Shown: piece after piece, positions 28,646 through 39,088 of the stretch | Numbering within the stretch: position 1 is the first letter of the stretch | How the letters are laid out: each line of letters opens with the position of its first letter | DNA from: a virus | Direction: 5' to 3' (one strand) | DNA: 64,000 nucleotides | IMG/VR virus record: IMGVR_UViG_3300022848_000777 | Coordinates: 32,001-96,000 of that record | The notes under the pieces: generated by a model | Database searches by the model: none | Told to the model about the DNA's origin: nothing | Seen by the model: only the letters and a program-made list of their open reading frames with translations | Position numbers and translations under genes: made by a program

Positions 28646-29625
28646 AAGAAAGTAAGATAAATAATATACTATCATTTAATATAGTTGAACCAAAAGATGG
28701 TGAGAAATCTGTATCGTATTCACAATATACGATGTACGCTAAATGCCCACATCAATGGAAGTTAGCATATAAGGATAAGATTCGGAAGTTTGATCCAAGT
28801 GTGCATTTGGTATTTGGTACGGCAATGCATGAGGTATTGCAAGATTGGTTACATACATTATATACTAAATCAATAAATGAAGCATCTGAAATGAATTTAT
28901 GTCAGATGTTACATGATAAGTTGATATTTCAGTATGTGAAAATGCAGGAAGAGTGTGGTGGTGATCATTTCTCTACACCATCTGAGCTAGAAGAGTTCTT
29001 TCAAGATGGATGTGATATCATAGAATTTGTTACAAACCGAAGGTCAGATTATTTTAGCACAAAGCAATTGGAGTTGGTGGCTATAGAGTTACCAATATAC
29101 AGTCAGGCAGTAGATGGTTATTCAGTTTACATTAAAGGGTATCTAGATTTAGTTTTTCAGAATAAATACACAGGTAAGATTGAGATATGGGATATAAAAA
29201 CCTCAACTAAGGGTTGGAATAAATATCAAAAGGCCGATAAGACTAAGATAGCGCAGTTAATTCTTTATAAGATATACCTTTCTAAGCAGTTTGGATATCC
29301 AGTGGATGGTATTGATGTTAAATATTTTATAGTTAAAAGAAAGCTATATGAGGGGATGATGTTTGCACAGAAACGTGTGCAAATGTTTTCACCTGCAAAC
29401 GGAAGTGTAACAGTGAATGAACTTACTAAAAAGTTTGAATCATTTGTGAAAAACGCATATAATCCTGATGGTAGTTTTACAGAAAGTGGTAAGTTCCCAG
29501 CAAAGGTGGGTAAGAATTCAAAAAATTGTAAATATTGTGTTTTTAAAGATGATTTCGAACGGTGTCCAAAAGAGAACAGAACAAAACCACCTACACCACC
29601 TAAAGCACCTAAAGCACCTAAATAA
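28642..29625 (+). CDS. PD-(D/E)XK RecB/Cas4-like exonuclease
   Basis: SYSQY..Y.KCP, FGTAMHE, GYLDL..IWDIKT, QLILY, CKYC..C. Confidence 0.85.
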   Translation: MKESKINNILSFNIVEPKDGEKSVSYSQYTMYAKCPHQWKLAYKDKIRKFDPSVHLVFGTAMHEVLQDWLHTLYTKSINEASEMNLCQMLHDKLIFQYVKMQEECGGDHFSTPSELEEFFQDGCDIIEFVTNRRSDYFSTKQLELVAIELPIYSQAVDGYSVYIKGYLDLVFQNKYTGKIEIWDIKTSTKGWNKYQKADKTKIAQLILYKIYLSKQFGYPVDGIDVKYFIVKRKLYEGMMFAQKRVQMFSPANGSVTVNELTKKFESFVKNAYNPDGSFTESGKFPAKVGKNSKNCKYCVFKDDFERCPKENRTKPPTPPKAPKAPK

Positions 29626-29710
29626 TCCAAAGGTATAACAATACCTAGTCAGATTGAAAAAGATTCAAAAAGACAAACTGAAATCGAAGCACATCTTATG
29701 TGTGAATTCA

Positions 29711-29741
29711 TTCGGATAAGTGAATAATAATACGTATATTG
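29711..29741 (+). promoter_or_regulatory. Class B promoter TTCGG-N19-TATATTG
   Basis: Motif and spacing. Confidence 0.65.
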
Positions 29742-29764
29742 TAGTAATAATTTAAATTCATAAT

Positions 29765-30262
29765 ATGAAATATTTGATATTAATAACATCGTTATTTTTA
29801 ACATCCTATACGTTGGTAAGTACAACGCCAGAGGTTTATATAGATTCAATACCCATTAAAACCATTGAGTTGGTAGAGGAATCTCCTGAATTGAAAATTG
29901 AGGTTGTTGATTATACTAATTTAGAATCATTAATTAATGCTATTATTATGGTGGAAAGTAGTGGTAATGATTCTGCGTATTGTAAAAAAGAAAAAGCAGT
30001 CGGATGTTTACAAATAAGACCTATCATGTTAGCTGAGTGTAATCGAATTCTAAAGATTCAAAACTCACCACACCGATATCTACCATCAGATAGATGGGAT
30101 CGTGATAAATCAATAACTATATTTAAAATAGTATCTAATTACCATAACAAATACTCTACTTATGAATCTATTGCTCGGTTTTGGAATGGTGGGCCTAAAT
30201 GGTCTAAGAAAAAACAGACTAAACTGTATTGGAATAAAGTAAAAAGAAACCTTAAAGTATGA
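29765..30262 (+). CDS. Secreted lysozyme-like / transglycosylase
   Basis: Signal peptide; AIIMVESSG, AVGCLQI, ARFWNGG. Confidence 0.8.
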   Translation: MKYLILITSLFLTSYTLVSTTPEVYIDSIPIKTIELVEESPELKIEVVDYTNLESLINAIIMVESSGNDSAYCKKEKAVGCLQIRPIMLAECNRILKIQNSPHRYLPSDRWDRDKSITIFKIVSNYHNKYSTYESIARFWNGGPKWSKKKQTKLYWNKVKRNLKV

Positions 30263-30654
30263 AGATTGCAATAATAGGTGGTGAACGATATGATGATATT
30301 AGGAAAATAAGAGAGTTTATCTTTAATATAAAGAAAAAGATAGGAACTGATATTAAAATTGTGACACGAGGGAAACGTGTGGGTTGTGAGTTTTGGGTGA
30401 AAAAATATACACTTGAATTTGGATTAGATTATGCAGAGTATAATCCAGCCCATACACAAAGAACACTATATAGTGGTATGCCTGATGATTACTATGGGAA
30501 AGTATATCACCCAACGCAACGATTACATCAATACGATTGTATTGTTAAGAATTGTAATAAAATAGTCTACTTCGGTGGAATTAAAAAAACTGAAAAAACC
30601 CACTTTGAAAGGTTACTGAAACGATCGGGTAAGACAGTTGTTTACGTTAATTGA
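30259..30654 (+). CDS. SLOG/YspA-like Rossmann-fold protein
   Basis: MKIAIIGGE.Y, IVTRG..G. Confidence 0.55.
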   Translation: MKIAIIGGERYDDIRKIREFIFNIKKKIGTDIKIVTRGKRVGCEFWVKKYTLEFGLDYAEYNPAHTQRTLYSGMPDDYYGKVYHPTQRLHQYDCIVKNCNKIVYFGGIKKTEKTHFERLLKRSGKTVVYVN

Positions 30655-30664
30655 ATAGAAAATA

Positions 30665-30673
30665 ATACTTATA
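30665..30673 (+). promoter_or_regulatory. Putative late promoter heading the glycosylation island
   Basis: ATACTTATA. Confidence 0.55.
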
Positions 30674-30689
30674 TATAAAGTTACAATGT

Positions 30690-31292
30690 ATGAATAATAA
30701 TAAAAGAAAAAAGCCATTAATACTACTTCTTTCAGATGATTTGAGATTACATAGTGGTATAGCCACTATGTCCCGTGAAATAGTATTTAATACTGTTAAG
30801 AAATTTGATTGGATTCAAGTCGCAGCTGCCATCAACCACCCCGATAAGGGTAAATTCTTTGATATTTCAGATTCAGTTAAAAAAGAAACCAACATCCACG
30901 ATGCGAACGTTAGATTAATACCCCATGATGGGTATGGGAATCAGGATTTAATAAGACAAATTCTCGCATCCGAACGTCCAGATGCAATATTGCATTTTAC
31001 AGATCCTAGATTTTGGGATTGGTTGTATGCTATGGAAGATGAAGTAAGAAGAGTCTGCCCGATAATGTATTATTCAATCTGGGATGATGGCCCTGATCCT
31101 GATTATAATCACCCATTCTATGGAAGTTGTGATGCTATATTTGGTATTTCAAAGCAATCATATGGTATTCACCACAGGGTACTTAAAAACAATAACGGAT
31201 CGGTTATACCATTAGATAGTGATGGGTCGGTAATTGGGAATTTTGATGAATTAGTAGATTGGAATGAAATTGAAGGTAAAAACTTATGGTAA
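30690..31292 (+). CDS. GT-B glycosyltransferase, N-terminal domain
   Basis: ILLLSDDLRLHSGIAT, FTDPRFW, IWDD. Confidence 0.8.
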   Translation: MNNNKRKKPLILLLSDDLRLHSGIATMSREIVFNTVKKFDWIQVAAAINHPDKGKFFDISDSVKKETNIHDANVRLIPHDGYGNQDLIRQILASERPDAILHFTDPRFWDWLYAMEDEVRRVCPIMYYSIWDDGPDPDYNHPFYGSCDAIFGISKQSYGIHHRVLKNNNGSVIPLDSDGSVIGNFDELVDWNEIEGKNLW

Positions 31293-32209
31293 TGAAAGAA
31301 AAGTATAGTAAACATTTAGAGGGTAATACAACATATACCGCATACATACCGCATGGTGTCTCAGCACAATTCAAACCAATACCTCACCTATGTGATGAGT
31401 ATTTAGAAGTGATGAAACTAAAAGAAAAGTTAGGTATAATTCTTAAAGACTTTGTAATTTTATTTAACAATAGAAATATTAGAAGAAAGCAGCCAGGAGA
31501 TTTAATACTAGCGTATAAGGAATTTTGTGATACCTTACCAAAAGAACAATCAGATAAATGTGTTTTACTAATGCATACTGAGCCTGTTGATATGAATGGT
31601 ACTGATATATTATCAATAGTAGATATGCTCTGCCCTGATTATGATGTTGTATTTACAATGACAAAATATGATACTCAGAATCTTAATCGTTTATATAATT
31701 TAGCAGATGTCACTTTAAACATTTCTTCAAATGAGGGTTTTGGATTGGCAACTGCTGAATCATTAGCATCAGGCACACCTATAATTGTTAACGTAACTGG
31801 TGGATTGCAAGATCAGTGTGGGTTTACTGTCAATGGTGAGTATTTGAATAAAATTGATTATGTGAATAAACCATCCCTGCATGATATAAAAAACCTACCT
31901 CATAATTTGAGTTGGGGTCGTTGGGTGAATCCAGTATGGCCGACAAACCGATCACTACAGGGATCACCCACTACACCTTATATTTTTGATGATAGGTGTT
32001 CATTTTTAGATGTTGCTAAGGCATTGCGAAAATGGTATGATACCGATGAAAGTGTAAGAATTGAATGTGGTATTGAGGGATCTGAATACGTAAAATTAGC
32101 AGAAGTTGGAATGAGTGCAGATCTTATGGGTGATAGATTTATAAATGCAATGGATACCGTTCTAAATGAATGGAAACCCAAAAAATCTATAGTAATTTGG
32201 AAAATATGA
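31292..32209 (+). CDS. GT4 glycosyltransferase, C-terminal domain
   Basis: YIPHG, NRNIRRK, EGFGLATAESLASGTPII; TAATG coupling. Confidence 0.85.
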   Translation: MKEKYSKHLEGNTTYTAYIPHGVSAQFKPIPHLCDEYLEVMKLKEKLGIILKDFVILFNNRNIRRKQPGDLILAYKEFCDTLPKEQSDKCVLLMHTEPVDMNGTDILSIVDMLCPDYDVVFTMTKYDTQNLNRLYNLADVTLNISSNEGFGLATAESLASGTPIIVNVTGGLQDQCGFTVNGEYLNKIDYVNKPSLHDIKNLPHNLSWGRWVNPVWPTNRSLQGSPTTPYIFDDRCSFLDVAKALRKWYDTDESVRIECGIEGSEYVKLAEVGMSADLMGDRFINAMDTVLNEWKPKKSIVIWKI

Positions 32210-32239
32210 AATTAAAAGAAATAGATAATATTAAAAATA

Positions 32240-33562
32240 ATGGATAAGAAATACGTAGTTATATCAGCACCAGTAGCAACCAGAAGTGGTTATGGTGCAA
32301 GAAGTAGAGATTTTATAAGAGCATTAATTGAGGCAAAACCTGAATGGGATATTCACATCTTACCGCAACGATGGGGTTCAACACCAATGGATGCATTGGT
32401 AGAAAATGTTGATAGTGATTTAATCAATCGATTAATCCTAACTGGGAATTTACCTAAAAAACCAGATGTTTGGTTTCAGATAACAGTACCTAATGAATTT
32501 CAAGCAGTTGGTTATTATAACATCGGTGTAACTGCGGGTGTTGAGACTAGTATAATGCCTCCTGAGTGTATTGAGGGTATTAACCGAATGGATCAGATAA
32601 TTGTATCATCTGAATTTACTAAAACCGTTATTGAGCAAACTAACTTTGATAAAAAGGATAAAAATAGTGGCAAGATTGTTGGTAACTTGAAATCATCTAC
32701 TAAAATTGATGTCTTATTTGAGGGTATTAATACCGACATATATGATAATAAATCCGATAGTGAGCCTAGAGTGAATGATGCACTTTCTACTGTTAGTGAA
32801 GATTTCGCATTTCTATTTGTAGGCCATTGGTTGAAAGGTGATTTCAGAGAAGATAGAAAAAATGTAGGTGGTTTAATTTGGACTTTTCTCGAAACATTCA
32901 AAAATAAGAAAAATAGACCAGCTCTTATTTTAAAAACAAATAGTGGTGGAACATCATTGGTTGATCGTGTCGCAATTGAGAAGAAAATAAAAATTATAAA
33001 AGAAAGTATCGATGCTAGAACGTTACCAAATATATACTTAATCCATTCAGATTTGACTGATTCTGAAATGAATGCACTTTACAATCATAATAAAGTAAAG
33101 GCCCATGTTTCATTTACTCGTGGTGAGGGATTTGGTAGACCTTTGTTAGAAGCAACTATAAGTGGGAAACCTATAATCGTATCACAGTGGTCGGGTCCTG
33201 TTGATTTTTTACACCCAGAATATGTAACATTTGTAAAGGGAACATTCGATAAGGTACATTCATCAGCAGTTGATAATTTTATACTGAAAGATTCAGAATG
33301 GTTTACAATCGATTACAGTGAAGCTGGTGGGTATATGAGAGATGTAGTTAAAAATTACGATAAATACCTTGCATTATCAAGAAAGCATCGAAAATTCACT
33401 AAAGATAACTTCACATATACACATATGGTAGGTGTTATTTCTCAGTTAATACCAAACGAAGTTGGTGATAACGTACCAAAAAACGTACCGTTGCAATTAC
33501 CTAAATTGAAAAAAACAGAAACACCTAAGATACAATTACCTAAATTGAAAAAAATAAAATAA
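32240..33562 (+). CDS. GT4 glycosyltransferase
   Basis: RSGYG, FLFVGHW, RKN, GEGFGRPLLEA. Confidence 0.9.
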   Translation: MDKKYVVISAPVATRSGYGARSRDFIRALIEAKPEWDIHILPQRWGSTPMDALVENVDSDLINRLILTGNLPKKPDVWFQITVPNEFQAVGYYNIGVTAGVETSIMPPECIEGINRMDQIIVSSEFTKTVIEQTNFDKKDKNSGKIVGNLKSSTKIDVLFEGINTDIYDNKSDSEPRVNDALSTVSEDFAFLFVGHWLKGDFREDRKNVGGLIWTFLETFKNKKNRPALILKTNSGGTSLVDRVAIEKKIKIIKESIDARTLPNIYLIHSDLTDSEMNALYNHNKVKAHVSFTRGEGFGRPLLEATISGKPIIVSQWSGPVDFLHPEYVTFVKGTFDKVHSSAVDNFILKDSEWFTIDYSEAGGYMRDVVKNYDKYLALSRKHRKFTKDNFTYTHMVGVISQLIPNEVGDNVPKNVPLQLPKLKKTETPKIQLPKLKKIK

Positions 33563-33565
33563 ATA

Positions 33566-34006
33566 ATGGGGTATTATACTGAGCATTTAAGTAAGACTAA
33601 AGAACCAAAGGTAGTGGCTACCAGTCGATTGGAGAGGGGTATGGTTGTTATTCTCAGATACAAACCAATCGATGAGATGGTATCAAAACCATACTTATTG
33701 TTTGTTTTACAACCTAAATTTCCGAAGGATTCTAAGGGAAAATTACACGCTCTTTCATTAGACAATGTAAAGCCTGAGGATTTTATGAAATTCGCAAAAG
33801 ATTATAATGAGGTAATGGCCACATCTACAAGAGTACGTAAACTAAACATACCAAAGTTAAAGATAGATAAATCTTCACGAAGATTCTATATTACAGAGAT
33901 AAAAAGTAACCCTGAATTTAAAGGAGCTTATAGGGTATTTGATTTAAAGAGAGTGGGTATCACATCAGCAGTTAATTACGATTACGGAAAATACGATAAT
34001 ATATGA
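33566..34006 (+). CDS. Hypothetical protein
   Basis: 146-aa ORF in operon. Confidence 0.65.
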   Translation: MGYYTEHLSKTKEPKVVATSRLERGMVVILRYKPIDEMVSKPYLLFVLQPKFPKDSKGKLHALSLDNVKPEDFMKFAKDYNEVMATSTRVRKLNIPKLKIDKSSRRFYITEIKSNPEFKGAYRVFDLKRVGITSAVNYDYGKYDNI

Positions 34007-34620
34007 AAATCAGTTACGCAATTACAGTCCACAATGAATTAGATTCGATACGAAATCTAATACCATATCTTTTAAAGAGAATCAAAAATTCAGATGAAAT
34101 AGTTGTTCTTATGGATGATAAGGGCCCTGAATCAGTTTGGAACTTTCTAATATCAATAGAACATTCTTTGGGGTGTTTAAATCGATTGAAATTTAATGAT
34201 GATTTTTCAGAGTGGAAGAATAAACTAAACTCAATGTGTTCGGGAGATTACATAATAAACATAGATGCAGATGAACTGCCTAGTGGGTTTTTAATTGAGC
34301 ATATACATGATGTATTAAAACTCAATAAAGATATTGATTTGATAGCAGTTCCTAGAATTAATATGGTTAGTGGGATAACCACAGATCATATCACCCAATG
34401 GAATTGGAAGATAAACGAAAAGGGTTGGATAAATTTCCCCGATTATCAGATGAGAATCTATAGAAATGATCCATCTATAAAATGGATCAACAAAGTGCAT
34501 GAAAAAATAGATGGGTATAAGACATCATCACTTTTACCAATGGAAGAAGTATGGGCATTTTTTCATTCAAAGGATATTGATATACAGGAGAAACAAAACA
34601 AATATTATAATGAATTATGA
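34003..34620 (+). CDS. GT2 glycosyltransferase
   Basis: ISYAITVHNE, IDADE, PRIN, PDYQ.R, VHE. Confidence 0.88.
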   Translation: MKISYAITVHNELDSIRNLIPYLLKRIKNSDEIVVLMDDKGPESVWNFLISIEHSLGCLNRLKFNDDFSEWKNKLNSMCSGDYIINIDADELPSGFLIEHIHDVLKLNKDIDLIAVPRINMVSGITTDHITQWNWKINEKGWINFPDYQMRIYRNDPSIKWINKVHEKIDGYKTSSLLPMEEVWAFFHSKDIDIQEKQNKYYNEL

Positions 34621-35459
34621 TATTCTGGAGAACTTATAATAATAAAGTGTACTCAATTCAGGAAACCGACAAATTGGGATTCTCTACTAACGATCCATCA
34701 TATATACCTGATGAATATTTAGAAAATGGTGAATTTGTAATTCTAAGGACTGCATTTGGTGTGGGTGATTGGGGAATATTATCAGCTTTCCCTTTTAAAC
34801 TTAAAGAGAAATATCCAAACTGTAAGGTTTTAATACCATCACCAAAATTACTTAGAAATCTTTTCGGTGGACTGGAGAAAAACTGGAGTTCATGGGATGA
34901 TCCATTTAATGTAGTTCATACTATATTTGACAATAACCCCTACGTTGATGGGTTTATTGATTCCTTTGAAGGTGATGTTTTCAATGATCACTATCGAATA
35001 TATGGCACTGATGATGTGCCTTTAATGGAAGAAATCCTTCGATTCTGGCAGTTTGACAATTTCGATAATATCGAACCAGAATTATATTGGTCAAAAGAAG
35101 AATGTGAACTTGGTGATAAGATTATTAAAGAGCATTCTGATGGTATATTTGGCACTCTCCTTATATCGAATCGGTTTGATGGTGTGGGTATTGATAGAAT
35201 CCAAGATGTGATTGATCAATATGATTTACCCATGTTTTATTGGATTAAATCGCCTGAAATTGAAGGATTGGAATTTACAAAAGCTCTAGATATGAGGCAT
35301 GTGAATATTCGTATTCAATTATACATTAAAAGAAAAGCACAATTCAATGTAGGTAATCAATCAGGTGTTAATGATACGATTGCAAATTACACACCAACCT
35401 TCACGGTGGCACGGCCTAATCTCGGTTCTAATATAATCCATAATCAGAATTATTTATGA
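34617..35459 (+). CDS. GT9/heptosyltransferase-like protein
   Basis: GVGD...LK.KYP, NNPYVD, VGNQSG. Confidence 0.6.
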   Translation: MIFWRTYNNKVYSIQETDKLGFSTNDPSYIPDEYLENGEFVILRTAFGVGDWGILSAFPFKLKEKYPNCKVLIPSPKLLRNLFGGLEKNWSSWDDPFNVVHTIFDNNPYVDGFIDSFEGDVFNDHYRIYGTDDVPLMEEILRFWQFDNFDNIEPELYWSKEECELGDKIIKEHSDGIFGTLLISNRFDGVGIDRIQDVIDQYDLPMFYWIKSPEIEGLEFTKALDMRHVNIRIQLYIKRKAQFNVGNQSGVNDTIANYTPTFTVARPNLGSNIIHNQNYL

Positions 35460-36157
35460 AAATAGTAGTTTATACAGCAATTATAGGTGGGTATGATACA
35501 TTAACTGACCCATTGGTGAAGCCAGATGGTGTTGATTTTATTTGTTTTACTGATAGAGATATTAGTAGTGATGTATGGGAAATCCGAAAAGTTTTACCTT
35601 TATATGATGATAATACTCGAACTGCCAGAAAATACAAAACACTATCACATCGATATTTGAAAGGATATGATTGGTCAATTTGGGTAGATGGTAATATAAA
35701 AATAAAGTCGGATATTACAGAATTATGTACTGGTAATTCGTGTAAGACTTACGATCATATGAAAGTGATGGACAAGTGGAATTGTGTATATGATGAAGCT
35801 AATATGATAATTCAATATGGTGAAATTAATTCAAAAAAAACACCAGATCGGGGTATTTCTAATTGGAAAGATGACCCTACTGTAATTGAGAAACAAATGA
35901 GGTTGTATAAATCCATCGGATATCCATCAAACAACGGTCAAGCCACCACACCAATAGTAGTTAGAAATCATAATGATGTTGATGTAATAAAACATAACGA
36001 AGATTGGTGGGCTGAGATAAAGTATTATTCAAAACGTGATCAATTAAGTTTTAACTATGTTGCTTGGAAAAATGATTTCAATTTCACATATTTAGAAGGT
36101 GATTCTCGGTCTAATAAATACTTTATGAGTATGGGAAAGCATAGTGGTAGACAGTAG
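35456..36157 (+). CDS. DUF616-type glycosyltransferase
   Basis: VYTAIIGGYD, CFTD, SIWVDGN, RDQLSF. Confidence 0.8.
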   Translation: MKIVVYTAIIGGYDTLTDPLVKPDGVDFICFTDRDISSDVWEIRKVLPLYDDNTRTARKYKTLSHRYLKGYDWSIWVDGNIKIKSDITELCTGNSCKTYDHMKVMDKWNCVYDEANMIIQYGEINSKKTPDRGISNWKDDPTVIEKQMRLYKSIGYPSNNGQATTPIVVRNHNDVDVIKHNEDWWAEIKYYSKRDQLSFNYVAWKNDFNFTYLEGDSRSNKYFMSMGKHSGRQ

Positions 36158-36162
36158 TTAAT

Positions 36163-37155
36163 ATGAAACGTATATTATTTATAACATCACAATATCGGAC
36201 TGGTGAGAGAATTTATCCAATAATACCAAATCTTGCATCTGAGTATAATATTGATTTACTAAAAGTGTATCAGATGGCTGGTAATCATAAGTGGGTTGGT
36301 GATATTGACATGAGGCAAGTGTTTGATAAAAAATATTCAGAATACTTCCAGAATATATATCAACATAAGTGTGATGTATCAAACTATGATCTTATTATAT
36401 CCGATGATAATAGAAATAATGCAAAGACTAATCTAAAAGATGTGTATTCTAAAAAGAATTGTAAACTTATAGCGTTTGAGCATGGTAACTCTGAAAAACC
36501 CTATTTTAAACAAGGGCATATGGTTGTATTTGATAAATGTATGGTTTTCGGTAAAAAAGACATCATCCATAGTGATTGTATAGCTAGTGGTATACCCGCT
36601 AATGACACTCTTATTAACTATAAAAATATACCCAAAAAACATATATTAGTTATAGTTAACTTCTTAGGTAATAGAAGTTCACCGTTTAAGCAAAACTTTG
36701 ATGAATCCTTTTTCAAAAAGATTGATATATTAAACATACAAAAGCATTTTAATCTTATCGTAATTATAAAATTAAAGAGTAGGGCTAATGATGGTGGTTA
36801 TGCAGGAAATATCACATACCTACGTAAAATACTACCAGTTGGGTTAGATTATAAAATAGTAGTTGATACTGATAATGATAATAAACTAATATCGGAAAGT
36901 AAATGTGTTATTTCAGCACCATCGACTCTTGCATTTAAACCAATTCAGATTGGTATACCTACTGTTTTAATAAAAGGTACGGGCCAAGAGGGTAGCTTTT
37001 CTGATTACAATTATTTATTTGATATTAATACAAATATATTACCGCACCTATCACATAATATTAATAATAATGATTGGATATTAAATTCAATCGAAGGTGG
37101 TTTATTATTTAATAGTACTGATGTTGTGATTAGCACTATAAAGCAATTTATATAG
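36163..37155 (+). CDS. GT-B fold polysaccharide protein (possible sialyl/nonulosonyl transferase)
   Basis: EHG, GIPAND, SAPSTLA..GIPTV; next to neuAB. Confidence 0.5.
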   Translation: MKRILFITSQYRTGERIYPIIPNLASEYNIDLLKVYQMAGNHKWVGDIDMRQVFDKKYSEYFQNIYQHKCDVSNYDLIISDDNRNNAKTNLKDVYSKKNCKLIAFEHGNSEKPYFKQGHMVVFDKCMVFGKKDIIHSDCIASGIPANDTLINYKNIPKKHILVIVNFLGNRSSPFKQNFDESFFKKIDILNIQKHFNLIVIIKLKSRANDGGYAGNITYLRKILPVGLDYKIVVDTDNDNKLISESKCVISAPSTLAFKPIQIGIPTVLIKGTGQEGSFSDYNYLFDINTNILPHLSHNINNNDWILNSIEGGLLFNSTDVVISTIKQFI

Positions 37156-37171
37156 TAAACAGTTAAAAAAT

Positions 37172-38134
37172 ATGAAAGAAAGTATAATAGTGTATGTTTC
37201 ATCTAGAAATAACTATGATATGGTTGAGGGTGCAGTTTTAAAAAATATTAAATTAAATGGTTATGAATTTGTCAATGTAGATGATGGTAGTAGTGATATT
37301 GAGATATCTAAAGGTAAAGAGCAATCAAAACGAATTGGATTCACATTCCTAGAAAATAAGAAGTGTGGGGTACAATACGCAACTCAAACAGTGATCGATT
37401 GGGTAAATGAAAATAGACCTAATTGTAAATACGTAGTTTGTTTTCAACATGACAACTACCCAATAACTGATAATTTCTTTGATTCGATGGAACATCAGGT
37501 TAAATTATTGGAAAATGAAAAAGTGGGTTTAATTGGATTTAATCACTTAGATAATGGATCTTACACAGGAGATGCATTGAAACGATATAATCGAAATGAA
37601 GATAATGTTAAGGGAATACTTGGGTTATGCCATTTAAGCATAAAGGATAATCGCAAACGATGGTTATGTCCCGTTAGACAGCCTGAGTTAATTAAACACA
37701 TTAAATTCAACCGACCATTTGCAATAGAATTCCCGATGTGGGCTGCACTTGGTATTAATGTAAAAGCATGGAATGATGTAATTAATCCCACAGAGGATTA
37801 CCAATTTCATTTATGGGCTCCTGATGTAGCATTTCAATTCAATTTCAAAAATTACATGTCAGTAATTCTGCCAAATTTATATTGTATGAATGATCAGAGC
37901 TTGAAATTGAAGTTTGGAATAGATGTGAATAGTGCTCATGGTGCTAAAGCTGGTAATAATTATCATTTTGGGGAATACGGCCCCCATTTGATTAATTTCA
38001 AAAAAAGATGGGGGTGGGATTATGAGAATGTAAAAGGAACATTCCCAATCGTAAAACATAAATATACTGGTACTCTAATAGATCAGTACTATACACACAA
38101 TATAAAAAACGGACCAATATGGGTAGGATATTAG
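37172..38134 (+). CDS. GT2 glycosyltransferase
   Basis: VDDGS, FQHD. Confidence 0.75.
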   Translation: MKESIIVYVSSRNNYDMVEGAVLKNIKLNGYEFVNVDDGSSDIEISKGKEQSKRIGFTFLENKKCGVQYATQTVIDWVNENRPNCKYVVCFQHDNYPITDNFFDSMEHQVKLLENEKVGLIGFNHLDNGSYTGDALKRYNRNEDNVKGILGLCHLSIKDNRKRWLCPVRQPELIKHIKFNRPFAIEFPMWAALGINVKAWNDVINPTEDYQFHLWAPDVAFQFNFKNYMSVILPNLYCMNDQSLKLKFGIDVNSAHGAKAGNNYHFGEYGPHLINFKKRWGWDYENVKGTFPIVKHKYTGTLIDQYYTHNIKNGPIWVGY

Positions 38135-39066
38135 TAACAGGCTGCGCAGGCCTGATTGGAAGTCATGTAGTAGAAACGCTTTTAAAAGCAGATCATTATG
38201 TGATCGGAGTTGATGATTTAAGTTATGGATCGAATATGAATGGGCATCCGAACTTTAAATTTGTAAAAAGTAAAGTTCAAGATTTTACAAACGTAGGTGA
38301 ATTGGATGCAGTTTTCCATTTAGCAACACTAAAGAAAACATTCAGTGGGGTGAAATGTGATGCATCCGAAGTTATGATAAATAGTGTTACAATGGCAGAG
38401 AGGATTAAATCTATATGTAAATCAACGGGTGCATTCCTCATATTTAGTAGTACATCTGATGTGTATTCAAATTCAACCACATTCAATGAAACTGATAGAT
38501 TAACAATTGGCCCACCTAATATAAAACGGTATAGTTATGCTGTAACCAAATTATGGGAAGAACAGTATTATATGGATTTATTTAAAGAGGGTTATATTGA
38601 AGGATCAATTGCAAGAATATTCGGATGTACTAGCCCCAGAGCAGCCAAAGGGTGGAGTGGTGGTCATATCCCATTATTTTTACATAAGGCAATGCAAGGT
38701 GATGATATTATCATACATGGTGATGGTCTTCAAACGAGAAGTATTTGCCATGCAGAAAGTATATCTACTGGATTAATCCGAATGTATGATCGGAAGCAGT
38801 TGACCCGATCTGAGATATTTAATTTAGGTTCTGATAAACAAATGTCAGTTCGTGATGCAGCGGAATTAATTAATACAATCGCAGGGAATAACTCAAAAAT
38901 AAAATATATAAGTACCACTGAGGCATTTGGTGAATATCCTGAAATTCAGATAAGATTTGCCGACACGGATAAGGCTCGGAGAGTTTTAGGTGTTACTTTC
39001 GATGAGGAATTAATTGATATAGTAAACGAAATGATCAATATCTGGTCAGTTAGTAGTACCCACTAA
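38119..39066 (+). CDS. NAD-dependent nucleotide-sugar epimerase/dehydratase
   Basis: VTGCAGLIG, STSDVY, YAVTK, GDGLQTR. Confidence 0.92.
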   Translation: MGRILVTGCAGLIGSHVVETLLKADHYVIGVDDLSYGSNMNGHPNFKFVKSKVQDFTNVGELDAVFHLATLKKTFSGVKCDASEVMINSVTMAERIKSICKSTGAFLIFSSTSDVYSNSTTFNETDRLTIGPPNIKRYSYAVTKLWEEQYYMDLFKEGYIEGSIARIFGCTSPRAAKGWSGGHIPLFLHKAMQGDDIIIHGDGLQTRSICHAESISTGLIRMYDRKQLTRSEIFNLGSDKQMSVRDAAELINTIAGNNSKIKYISTTEAFGEYPEIQIRFADTDKARRVLGVTFDEELIDIVNEMINIWSVSSTH

Positions 39067-39088
39067 AATTTAAAGTAAAATTAAATTG

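Noticed and set aside
28642-29625. CRISPR-Cas locus (Cas4-like gene)
   Set aside because: No array or other cas genes; solo RecB-like nucleases are common in phages
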